This document shows positions 13,051-23,695 of a DNA stretch of 64,000 bases, piece by piece (position 1 is the first letter of the stretch; each line of letters starts with the position of its first letter). Location: the NCBI RefSeq assembly GCF_001194135.2, contig NC_068985.1, positions 16,999,958 to 17,063,957 of the forward strand, in the 5' to 3' direction. Both the position numbers and the translations under genes were made by a program. The notes beneath the pieces are model-generated. The model ran no database searches, was not told the origin of the DNA, and was given only the letters and a program-made list of their open reading frames with translations. The DNA is from Octopus bimaculoides. Lineage: Eukaryota.

Positions 13051-13993
13051 TTTGGGGCTCTGTAAGAATATTGGTAGGTTTGAGTATATAACATGGAAAA
13101 TATTGGTCATTTCAGGATTGTATGTGTTAATAAATGGAACAGTATGTTGGCAAACCACAGAAAATTCTTTATATATATAAAAAGGCCAAGAAATCTAAAT
13201 TTGAATCATTTTTTGATAAATCCGATAATGAAAGAAAGCACTACAAATGTAAATAAGATGTTAATAAATAAAAAATATATATAATCATCCAACATTCTGA
13301 CTACCTTATTATTCTAAATATGCCGTTGCCAGTACCGCCTGACTGGCCTTCGTGCCAGTGGCACGTAAAAGCACCCACTACACTCTCGGAGTGGTTGGCA
13401 TTAGGAAGGGCATCCAGCTGTAGAAACTCTGCCAAATCAGATTGGAGCCTGGTGTAGCCATCTGGTTCACCAGTCCTCAGTCAAATCGTCCAACCCATGC
13501 TAGCATGGAAAGCGGACGTTAAACGACGATGATGATGATGATGCATATACAGATATATATATATATATANNNNNNNNNNNNNNNNNNNNNNNNNNNNNNN
13601 NNNNNNNNNNNNNNNNNNNNNNNNNNNNNNNNNNNNNNNNNNNNNNNNNNNNNNNNNNNNNNNNNNNNNNNNNNNNNNNNNNNNNNNNNNNNNNNNNNNN
13701 NNNNNNNNNNNNNNNNNNNNNNNNNNNNNNNNNNNNNNNNNNNNNNNNNNNNNNNNNNNNNNNNNNNNNNNNNNNNNNNNNNNNNNNNNNNNNNNNNNNN
13801 NNNNNNNNNNNNNNNNNNNNNNNNNNNNNNNNNNNNNNNNNNNNNNNNNNNNNNNNNNNNNNNNNNNNNNNNNNNNNNNNNNNNNNNNNNNNNNNNNNNN
13901 NNNNNNNNNNNNNNNNNNNNNNNNNNNNNNNNNNNCCTCTGATCATTTCGATGCAATATCCAAATTAAAGGATGAATCTAATTCAACATTTTT

Positions 13994-14048
<55 letters not shown>

Positions 14049-14052
14049 TACA

Positions 14053-14080
<28 letters not shown>

Positions 14081-14085
<5 letters not shown>

Positions 14086-14568
14086 TAGAAGAAAAGGACA
14101 ACAAAAACCAAGGCAGGGTGAGTATCTCAAGTCATTTATGATAATCTATTAAGTCCATACACTGGGTATTTCATCACCAGAGACAAGGTGAGTATGTATG
14201 AAAGTTCTAGACAAGGAAATTCACAGATTATAAGGAATAAGATAGAAGAATAAAGATAAAAAGTAGATAGACAAATACAGACAGGAGAATAAAGTTCACA
14301 GGTCATCATTTTCCAGAGGAAGTTGGTCCATACTTCCGTGAAGGTATAGGCCCTTAGGTATAATCCCAGATAAATCCAGGCAGCACTTTGGCATACTTAC
14401 CTTGTCTCTGATGATGGAATACCCAGTGTACGGACATGCTAGCCTATCATTTGGGATATCCCAGAAACAGCTGTAAGACTTCAAATAAACCTTACCCTAA
14501 TTAAATTATTATAAATGACTTGTGATACTCCTCCTGCCTTAGTCTTTGTTGTCCTTTTTCTCTAATAT
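14081..14568. mobile_element. MITE-like element with bipartite inverted repeats
   Basis: The outer IR pairs TATTAGAAGAAAAGGACAAC...GTCATTTAT with its complement near 14510-14568. The inner IR pairs 14153-14196 with 14392-14435. Confidence 0.7.
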
Positions 14569-14713
14569 ATACCTACTAGCATGGAAACCTAAAACAGATC
14601 CCTAGCTGCAGCCTCAGCTGTGAACTTGGAACCTTACAGATAACCAATTATAGCACTTACTCAGTGTACCTATTCATTTAGATCTCCAGTGAACTAAACT
14701 CCTCATATTCTTT

Positions 14714-14763
<50 letters not shown>

Positions 14764-15463
14764 AAAGAACATAAGCATAACTTGATAATCTTTTATTTCA
14801 ATTGTTACACATGTTTCAGTATCAGGCAGCACTTTCAACCCTTATAATAAATACCTGAAATATAAATCCCTATACCCCATAAACAATCCACAATCTGATC
14901 TACATAACCAGCCCTTAACAAACACAGTTATTACACAAAGAAATTTCTAATTTCATGAAGGTGTATCTCATGTAAACAACAGTACATTCAGTAGACAGTT
15001 GTAAAAAGCAAACTACCTCAAACATATGGCATTTCAAAATTTCCTTGAAATGCATATGTTCAGAGTTAAGTGTGAGCTTTTGACCACATAACTTGCAATC
15101 TTATAAGTCTATCATCAAATTTCAGTCTAATTCCAAAGGTCAACCAGCATATAAATCATAATAACATCCTCTTCACCTCCTACTTAACAACTGTTGGAAA
15201 TGAACGATTTTCTCTCTTTTCCCTACCTTTTTTTAACTCTTGCTTTTCCCACCAGCTATCTACTGATTCATTCTCTGCCCACGCACTTACCTTTGTAGTT
15301 TGAACAACCACTTACACTTCATATCCTGTCTGATGTACAGAGATATGAAATTCATATAACTAAATGTGAGGTGCAATTACTCTAAATATCTCTCTTACCC
15401 AAGCACTGAGTATTGTTTGAACTTCTTGCTTGTATCTATGTACACTATACATACGGTCGGTTA

Positions 15464-16363
15464 TAAAAGGTGTGTTCAAAAAGTATTTGACTTTGTTTTT
15501 TTCTGTCCAAACTAATGCCACATGGGAAAAATCCTTTGGCTGGGTGGTGACACCAACCTTCCTGTGCATGCATGAAAATTTTCACACCAGTAGGCTGCAT
15601 TAGTTCCCAGCTGTTATTCCTAAAACACACAGATATGTAATGCATGCTCATTGGATTTTCGTTTTTATACAAGATGACCAAATGCATCAAACAGAGACCA
15701 TAATTCCTTGTTTCATCACCAGTGATGATGGTCTTCTTGAAATCTTGGTCATGGTTTGCATAGTCCAGTGTGCCTTCAGTGATTTCCATGCAGAATTACT
15801 TCTACTGCACTCCTCCACCTTGGATGTGAATTTCACTGACACTCTCCACATACACAAATCTTCTATTAAAATGGAAATCATTGATCCTGTGCTTATTCCC
15901 ACTTTCCTGGATTGTTACACAATGGACTTTCATGACTATTCTCCAAATGTTCTCGATCGGTTCCTTGTTTCATCTTGTGGATAGCCTGCCTGAGCATGCC
16001 TCACTTTCTACTGAGTTGCAACCATGTTTGCTGTGGCTGTACCTCTCCTTGAACTGAGTTTTACTCGTGGCATCATCGCCAAAGGCCTGCTGAGCCTTCT
16101 GAATGATTTTAAGCTTGAGTACTTGGCTAAACTTGATGCAATATCTCTGCTTGATGTATTTGGTGAAAATGAAAATCCAACGAGTGCACACTTCATGTCT
16201 GTACTCTAGGCACAACAGCTGGGAACTGATGCAGCCTAATGGCGTGAAATTTTTGTGATAGTACAGGAAGGGGGCTGCCGCCTTCCACCCAAGGGATTTT
16301 GCCCATACAGTATTACTTTTGGCAGGAAAAAATAAAGTCAGATACTTTTTAATGTGCCATGTA
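15464..16363 (-). mobile_element. Decayed mariner element (frameshifted transposase remnants)
   Basis: Fragments QRYCIKF...AFGDDA...SGRLST, GISTGS..SILIEDL.M.RVSVKF and IITGDET occur in different frames. Degenerate TIRs (AAAAAGTATYTGACTTT) lie at both ends. Confidence 0.8.
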
Positions 16364-17370
16364 CAAGCCTACACACACACACACACACACACGTGTGTGT
16401 GTGCATGTGTATATGAGTGTGTGAATATGCTTCCTCTGCCTCCTTCAGACTTCATAAAAGAGTACTTTTGATCTCATTTTATCTCAAGATAGCTAAAATG
16501 GTTAAAAAAAAAAATTTTTGTGGGGTGGGGGGTGCATTCTTTCTCAGATATCCAGTTTTTAAGTGCTGTGTGCAAACTGTTTCATAATTTCAAGGTTTGA
16601 ATTAATCTTATTGCTTACAATAAGGTAATCCAACAAGAAGTAGTCTAACAACCAATAGGTGGCATGGAATAAATAAGTGACTCATACATCCTTTCTATCA
16701 TGTCTTCTGTTGAATTAAATGCCAGTCCTTTTTTGTTTTTGGTTGCTTTCAAAGTGTTTTCATTACAGGTGGATCAACTTCATTACAAAATGACAGCAGA
16801 TGCAATCCATTACTATTCTTCTGCCTACACTGTGTCTGCCAATCACACGTGACCAAGTTCTGTAATCACAACCTTCTTTGACCAATCAATAGGGCCTTGT
16901 CACTATAACAGGCTTTTGGGATGACAGAACATAATAAACTATTATATAAGGTCTCATTTTCTTTGTTGCATGACATAGTTAGAGCAAAGCAACTTATAAA
17001 ATAAGCTGAGTTTCCTTCCCTCAAATCTATCTTTAATGCCATAATGCAGTCACATAGACCCTGGGAAAGTTTTACTAAAGAGAGTTTTTATTGCAAACCC
17101 AACACCAGATGACAGTTTCATTTTCTTCCTTGTCTATTCAATAAAAGGTATAACTTCCTGCTAAATTTTCTAGTTGACCAACCCTAAAGAAACACGTTTC
17201 AGTAATACTCTTGACTCTTTTACTTTTTATAAGTTTCATATCAAGAGCTGTGACCATGCTGGAGCACTGCCATTAGTTTTGCTATACTTTCATTACTTGA
17301 AACCTCCTCCAATACATAGTACTTGGTGAATGAGGTTGTTTGAGGTTATTGCCCTCATTTGTGTTTCATC

Positions 17371-17575
17371 TTAAGAGATAGGTTTATCTAGAACTGTTGA
17401 CAGGAGGAGATCCAGTTTTGTTTCAAAGACGTCTACATTCATTCCATTTATGTCTCTCGGGCTTTTGGGGAGGATATTGAAGAGAAGTGGAGCCAAGCTG
17501 TTGCAGTATTTGGTCCTGTATTTTGACGGCAATGTTGGAATCTTTGGCACTATGCAATGGGGTTTTGTGTAACTT
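17371..17575 (-). mobile_element. CR1/L2-type LINE 3' end remnant
   Basis: YCNSLAPLLFNILPKSPRDI...VF.TKLDLLLSTVLDKP resembles the conserved LFN.LP...FK..LD C-terminal motif. Confidence 0.65.
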
Positions 17576-17945
17576 ACAGTGACATACATATATACATACA
17601 TACACACACATGCACACATGCATGCACGCATGCACACACACACACACACACATACATACATACATACATACATATATACATACACACATACATACATACA
17701 TACATACATACATACATACATACATACATACATACATACAAGGTGGTTGTCTACTCCTTCTGTAGAGTTTGACCATGGCATCTGATGTGGTTTGTGGATT
17801 TTAAAATGTCTTTTAAGGCCTCTGTTAGATCTGCAGAACTTATGGTATACACAGCATTGACAGGTGTACACAGATATATAGGCAGAGTAGCTGATGGAAG
17901 TTCGTTTTTCATACATACATACATACATACATACATACATACATG

Positions 17946-18450
17946 ATATAATGATTTGGGATAGAGAAGAGAAAAGGTCTACAATTGTGGAAATCAGCTA
18001 CCCAGCAGATGTTAACATAAAATTGAAGATCAGTGAAAAAGAGAATACCTACACTGAACTATTGAGAAATCTGAAGTTACTCTATCTAGACTACAAGTTC
18101 AGGTTCATACCTGTAATTATTGGGGCACTGCCTAAATACTGATCTTGAGAAATTAAGCTTCTCAAAACCAGAAAGGAGAAAGCTGATTTGAAGACTATAG
18201 ATCCAATATCACTGGAACTGTAAAAATTTGTAAAACTCCCCAGAAGTTTATCATTTAAATATATATGAGCATGTCTAGATATGCAACTATATGCATGAGA
18301 AAACATATATAAAATAAAACATACAAATCTGCACATATATATATATATACAAAAATACCCTGTTGTTGATGTTGAAATTCCAATGAAGGAGCCTTGAATC
18401 TATGTTAGAAACCAGCTCTTTCTCTATAGACAAAAAATTTTGAAATAAAA
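17946..18450 (+). mobile_element. REL-endonuclease non-LTR retrotransposon 3' fragment (different family)
   Basis: DIMIWDREEKRSTIVEISYPADVNI...EKENTYTELLRNL..LY..YKFRFIPVIIGAL is the PD-(D/E)xK REL C-terminus pattern. Confidence 0.75.
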
Positions 18451-18817
18451 TTAAATGACATGCATCCATCCATCCACACACACATACATACAGTTATGAC
18501 AACAAGGGTTCCAGTTGATCCGATCAACGGAACAGCCTGCTTGTGAAATTAACGTGCAAGTGGCTGAGCACTCCACAGACATGTGTACCCTTAACGTAGT
18601 TCTCGGGGATATTCAGCGTGACACAGTGTGACAAGGCTGGCCCTTTGGAATACAGGTACAACAGACACAGGAAGAAAGAGTGGGAGAAAGTTGTGGTGAA
18701 AGAATACAGCAGGGTTTGCCACCCCCACCCCTGCCAGAACCTCGTGGAGCTTTAGGTGTTTTCGCTCAATAAACACTCACTATTGAGGCCTTGTGCTTCC
18801 AGTAGAACGGATTATCA

Positions 18818-18975
18818 TTATCAACATCTCCACCTTAGCGAAGACAGAGATATTGCTTTCAGTCGTGTTTGTTTGTTCATTTGTTTGTCTGTGGACAACA
18901 AGATATCTCAAGAACTGCTGGATAGATTTGGATGAAACTTTCAGGGATGTTTGACCTTGTGACTGGCACAAACTG
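18818..18975 (+). mobile_element. Helentron/DINE-1-like non-autonomous fragment
   Basis: TTATCAACATCTCCACCTTAGCGAAG...GTGTTTGTTTGT...GATATCTCAAGAAC...GATTTGGATGAAACTTTCAGG resembles the HINE layout with a (GTTT/GTCT)n core. Identified from memory of the family. Confidence 0.45.
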
Positions 18976-19039
18976 ATTCCATCAAGAATCATAACAGAAA
19001 TGTTATGATTTATACAGAAGGTGAGACATGTAGAGATTC

Positions 19040-19670
19040 CCATTTGGTGTACATGGCAGAAGCACGAAACACAATTTGATTTATATTGGTTGTACAACAG
19101 AACAATTAAACAAAAGATTTAATGGGCACAGATATGACATCAGGCACAATAACAGTAGTTCGACAGAACTTGCAAAATATTTTGTTTCAAACGGCTGCAA
19201 TTTTGAAAAAGACATGAAAATGCATATTCTCAGAAAATATTCTGAATCTACTTCACTTTCACTCCTCAGAATGCATGAGGAGAAATATGTTTGCAGGCTA
19301 TTAACATCACACCCTGGAGGAATGAATAAAATGACAGGAGAATGTCATCAAATTTATACAAAGCTGTTTGATTAAATATTCTTCTTTTTCCTTTTCTTTT
19401 TTTTCTTACCTCTTTTTTTTTTTTGTCTTCTTTTTTATATCTTTTTCTTTTTGCCTGTTATAAAATTGAAACTTAATGACTGATGATATCATTCCATCAA
19501 CATGTGGATGCTGGTTGCTCTTGTTCATACTTTAAATTTAAATTTCTATAATTTTGAATTTTTATCACCACTTATTTTGAACTTGACAAAGACAGACTTA
19601 CTGTTGAAATATCGTTCAGCCCATAAAATATCTATTACAATCGAATCACGCTCTTCGTCTTGACTATTTA
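19040..19670 (+). mobile_element. Penelope-like element 3' fragment (GIY-YIG C-terminus plus pLTR-like tail)
   Basis: ORF 19076-19375 reads IYIGCTTEQLNKRFNGHRYDI...E...L.T.HP.GMN and is followed by a T-rich tract and a hammerhead-like motif. Confidence 0.8.
19578..19618 (+). ncRNA. Decayed minimal hammerhead-like motif downstream of a Penelope GIY-YIG fragment
   Basis: TGAAC-TTGACAA-A-GACAG-ACTTA-CTGTT-GAAA-TATC-GTTCA has stems I and II, GAAA and a palindromic ATAT stem III, but the core CTGANGA is mutated to TTGACAA. Confidence 0.45.
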
Positions 19671-19764
19671 CCTTTATGAAGAGTTACATCAATCTTTTAA
19701 AAATAATAATAATAATAATAATAATAGTAATAATAATAATAACAATAGTAATAAAAATATAAAA

Positions 19765-20413
19765 CGTGGAATCTTAAGACTAAAACAATACCTGTTGTCA
19801 TAAGTACCCTAGAAATGATAACAAAAGGAGTTGATCGATACCTAGCTCAGATACCAGGAAATCCAAAATTGGAATAAATTTAAAAAACAGTGCTCATGGG
19901 AACTGCCCATATCCTATGTAAAATACTGTCCTTCATCATCATCATCATCATCGTTTAACGTCCGCTTTCCATGCTAGCATGGGTTGGACGATTTGACTGA
20001 GGACTGGTGAAACCGGATGGCAACACCAGGCTCCAGTCTGATTTGGCAGAGTTTCTACAGCTGGATGCCCTTCCTAACGCCAACCACTCAGAGAGTGTAG
20101 TGGGTGCTTTTACGTGTCACCCGCACGAAAACGGCCACGCTCGAAATGGTGTCTTTTATGTGCCACCCGCACAAGCCAGTCCAGGGGCACTGGCAACGAT
20201 CTCGCTCATCGTTGTCCTTGTAATCCCAAATATTTAAACAAACTTATAATTTTCTTATGTTTTCTAAGACATTCCCTAGAACAATACTTTGTGCAAAACC
20301 AAATATATGGCACCCTAGTCATAACACCAACTTGAACTTCTAATTTGTTGTCTCTTGAGGTCTCTGGGTGAGACTTGGAACCAACTTGTACAAATACAAA
20401 GCAAAAGTCAAAC

Positions 20414-20414
<1 letters not shown>
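19765..20414 (+). mobile_element. Second REL non-LTR retrotransposon 3' end, interrupted by an RTE-tail SINE
   Basis: WNLKTKTIPVVISTLEMI...PGNPKL...VLMGTAHILCKILS is followed by a 3' UTR after the insert. (TAA)n-rich DNA lies on both sides. Confidence 0.7.
19934..20212 (-). mobile_element. Young RTE-tail SINE or LINE 3' end with (GAT)n tail; near-identical copies at 2863-3147, 13321-13543, 48422-48898 and 50359-50580
   Basis: The shared block (CAT)n CGTTTAACGTCCGCTTTCCATGCTAGCATGGGTTGGACGATTTGACTGAGGACTG...GCCCTTCCTAACGCCAAC recurs. This copy has the 7-bp TSD TGTCCTT (19927-19933 and 20213-20219). Confidence 0.85.
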
Positions 20415-20498
<84 letters not shown>

Positions 20499-20501
<3 letters not shown>

Positions 20502-20805
20502 AAAGACCTGGAAATAGAGGTAACTCGAATGTGGAATCTAAAAACAGAAACAATTCCTATTATAGTAGGTGCCTTAGGTATAATAAAAAAATATTCAGAC
20601 AAATACATAACAAAAACACCAGGACTTACAAATATATATAACATACAGATAATTGCACTACTGGGCACTGCACACATCCTACGCAAAACACTTTCAATAC
20701 AGTAACCATAAGAGCATCACAGCAAACCACAGCACATACCCAAGGCGCACAGAGCTGCACTCGGTAGTGAAGTGAAAGCACGTTATAAAAATAAAACTAC
20801 TGAAC
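20499..20805 (+). mobile_element. 5'-truncated REL-endonuclease non-LTR retrotransposon (Dong/R4-like) in (TAA)n
   Basis: Uninterrupted 68 aa YKDLEIEVTRMWNLKTETIPIIVGALGIIKK...IALLGTAHILRKTLSIQ* (stop 20703-20705) with a short 3' UTR. Flanked by (TAA)n at 20415-20498 and 20806-20820. Confidence 0.8.
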
Positions 20806-21037
20806 AATAATAATAATAATGGTTTCAAATTTTGGCACAAGGTCAGCAATCTTACGGGAGGGAATAAGTCAATTGCATCGAACCCAGTGTTCAAATGGTA
20901 CTTATTTTATCGACCCTGGAAAGGATGAAAGGCAAAGTTAACCTTGGTGGAATTTGAACTCAGACCGTTAAGATTGATGAAATGCCACTCAGCATTTTGT
21001 CAGGCATGCCAACATTTGTGCCAGCTGGTGCCTTTTC

Positions 21038-21038
<1 letters not shown>

Positions 21039-21110
<72 letters not shown>

Positions 21111-21133
21111 TGATGATGATGATGATGATGATG
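21039..21133. repeat. (AAT)n to (GAT)n compound microsatellite
   Basis: Direct reading. Confidence 0.95.
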
Positions 21134-21429
21134 CTGAATCGTGTTAACTGGAACAACTCATGTACTGAGAAGAGCATTATCACTAGGAAAACAACATCCA
21201 TTCATGAATTTATTCATTTATTAATTTTTTTTTAAATGCATATTTTACCTGTGAATTTGCGTGTGTAAACTGGGAATGCATACAATGAGTTTCTCTGCCC
21301 TAGGTGTACGGAAAACACTCGGCGAGAAATGGAAGAAAATTTGAAGAAAGAAGAAAAAAAAAACAACATAATGATGATGATAATAAAAATAATAATGATA
21401 ATAATAACAATAATAATGAATATTGGACA

Positions 21430-21473
<44 letters not shown>

Positions 21474-22809
21474 GCTGTTACCAATCCACTCATCTTTTGC
21501 TTAGGAGAAAAGAAATGTACTTCAATTTATTACTCTTAAACTATTGTTTGCAAATATATCTTCATGTTGATTATACAAGAACTATCTGGTATTATTAATA
21601 ATCAATACATGTCTGTATATATATCTGATTGGGTGTATGTGTACCTGTATCCATGTAGCCTTCATACTCTATATATTTCATTGTTCTTTATTGAGATTAA
21701 AAATAGATGTTTGCTAAGTTAGATTTCCGAATATTTCTTGCATCCTTTTTTTACAGTTAACTAATTAACGACTACCTAACAACATCATTTAGTACAATCT
21801 CAACAGCACTAGAGATTTACCAACAGAAATGAGCCACTGAAGAAGCCTCAACCGGCTAAAAATAGCAGCTAAGTATCCTTCAACATGAACCTTACTTTCT
21901 CAAAAAAGCAACAACACACAAGACAATGTAGTCCAAGATGTACAACATCTGAATGATAGGGGATTCACTTAATCATTGAAAGGCTTTTAGTAATTATTCT
22001 ACTTAATCAGGCTTGAACTATGTTGCATTATTTATACAACCATCAGTTATTCTAAGTTAATGTAACACATAAAATAGAGAAAACGTTGCGGATCATAGAA
22101 ATGGAGGGAAACTAAATTACAAAACTGAAATTCTGAAAATTCAACCAAAATTAAAAGCTTTCTAGTATTTAACATTGCCTTTTCTTTTCAATCTCACTGA
22201 AAATCAACCCCTAAGTTAATTTCGAAATACATTTTTTTTTAAGTGTATGAAATAAATAACCACAACACTCTTAAGATGATACAATTGGCTGTACGTTACA
22301 ACAATACAAAATTTAGTCATGTACTTAATAAATACATACAAATGTAATTTCAAAAAATTCATCAATCCAGTTACACTTACCAAATTATTTACATCTTGTA
22401 AAGAATTTAAAAATGTACTCCCTGAATGGTCAACAAATAATACGGAAATCATTAACCCGAGAATCAAATTCATGGCTTTACTATGTCACACTTACAATTA
22501 TTCTCATTCAAACTACGTGGAAACATAATGTAACTGTTATTAATTATAACGATGAGTTGATAAGCTTTCACCGATAAGAGGAAATGACCTATGTAGGAGT
22601 TATTTTATTTATGGCTGTCATTAAGAGCATTAAGAATAGGTGCAGGTATATTTTTGAGGTTAAGAGGTTTGCTTCCCAACCACATGGTTCTGGGTTCAGT
22701 CCCACTGTGTGGCATCTTGAGTCAGAGTCTTCTACTCTTGCCCCAAGCTGACTAAAGCCTAGTGAGTAGATTCGGTCGAGAGAAACGGAAGGAAGCCTGT
22801 TGTATATTG

Positions 22810-22841
<32 letters not shown>

Positions 22842-23365
22842 ACACGCGCACGTGCACATATTGTGTGTGTTGTGTGTGCATATGTGTGCGTGCGTGAATA
22901 TGTGAATGTGTGTGAGTGTGTGTGCATGTGTGTGCGTGTGTAAGTGCATGTGATTGTTTGTGTCTCCTTATCTTGGCATCAGATGATTGTTGTAAATGAA
23001 AGTGATTCATTTCCAATATTCTGTGAAAACATCTTTCACCATGAATAAATATTACCTTGCTTGAAAACAGGTAAGGGTTAGTAACAGGAAGGGCATCCAA
23101 CCATAGAAAATCTAACTTAACAAACTCCATCTGACTCAAGCAAGAACAGAAGAATTGACATTAAAACGATTATTTTTAATATTTTACTTCTTTCAGTCAT
23201 TAAACTGTGGCCATTCTGGGGCACCACCTTGAAGATTTTTAATTTGATTGAATAGACCCCCAACACTTATTTTTTTAACCCTGGTGCTTATTCTATTGGT
23301 CCCTTTTGCTGAGCCATTAAGTTACAGGGATGCAAACACACCAACACCATTTGTCAGTCACAAAG

Positions 23366-23399
<34 letters not shown>

Positions 23400-23401
23400 A
23401 C

Positions 23402-23598
23402 ATATATATTAAAAATAGGGAAGGCCAGTTTATGGGATTACCTTAGGTTTCCCGTCCATAAAGAATTTAGCTTTATGGCATATCATCAGACCCCAAAACC
23501 TGTTTTGGGGTCTGCCAACATGCCATAAAGCTAAACCCTTTATGGACGGGAAACCTAAGGTTATCCTATAAACCAGCCTTCCCCATTTTTAATATATA
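23402..23598. mobile_element. Near-perfect palindrome of about 197 bp (foldback MITE)
   Basis: Arms of about 97 bp with few mismatches, centred on CCCCAAAAC-CT-GTTTTGGGG and embedded in TA-rich ends. Confidence 0.85.
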
Positions 23599-23658
23599 CT
23601 GCCCTAAATCTTAGAGTGTGCTTCTTCTCTGGATTTATGTTTTCTACAAACGATATTT

Positions 23659-23695
<37 letters not shown>

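Noticed and set aside
14407-14435. CTGATGA followed by TGG-AATAC-CCA hairpin
   Set aside because: There is no GAAA or stem III, and it is explained as an inner IR of the MITE.
18381-18420. Hammerhead-shaped motif ATGA(A/C)GG-AGCCT-loop-A(G/T)GTT-AGAAA (also at 10061-10090; a similar shape at 21836-21864)
   Set aside because: Core positions C3 and A9 deviate in the first two copies, no convincing stem I or UH triplet could be built, and the 21.8 kb copy lacks GAAA.
21299-21345. Plus-strand RKTLGEKWKKI, resembling an HMG-box helix after an AG
   Set aside because: A stop follows immediately, and no other HMG-box segments were found.
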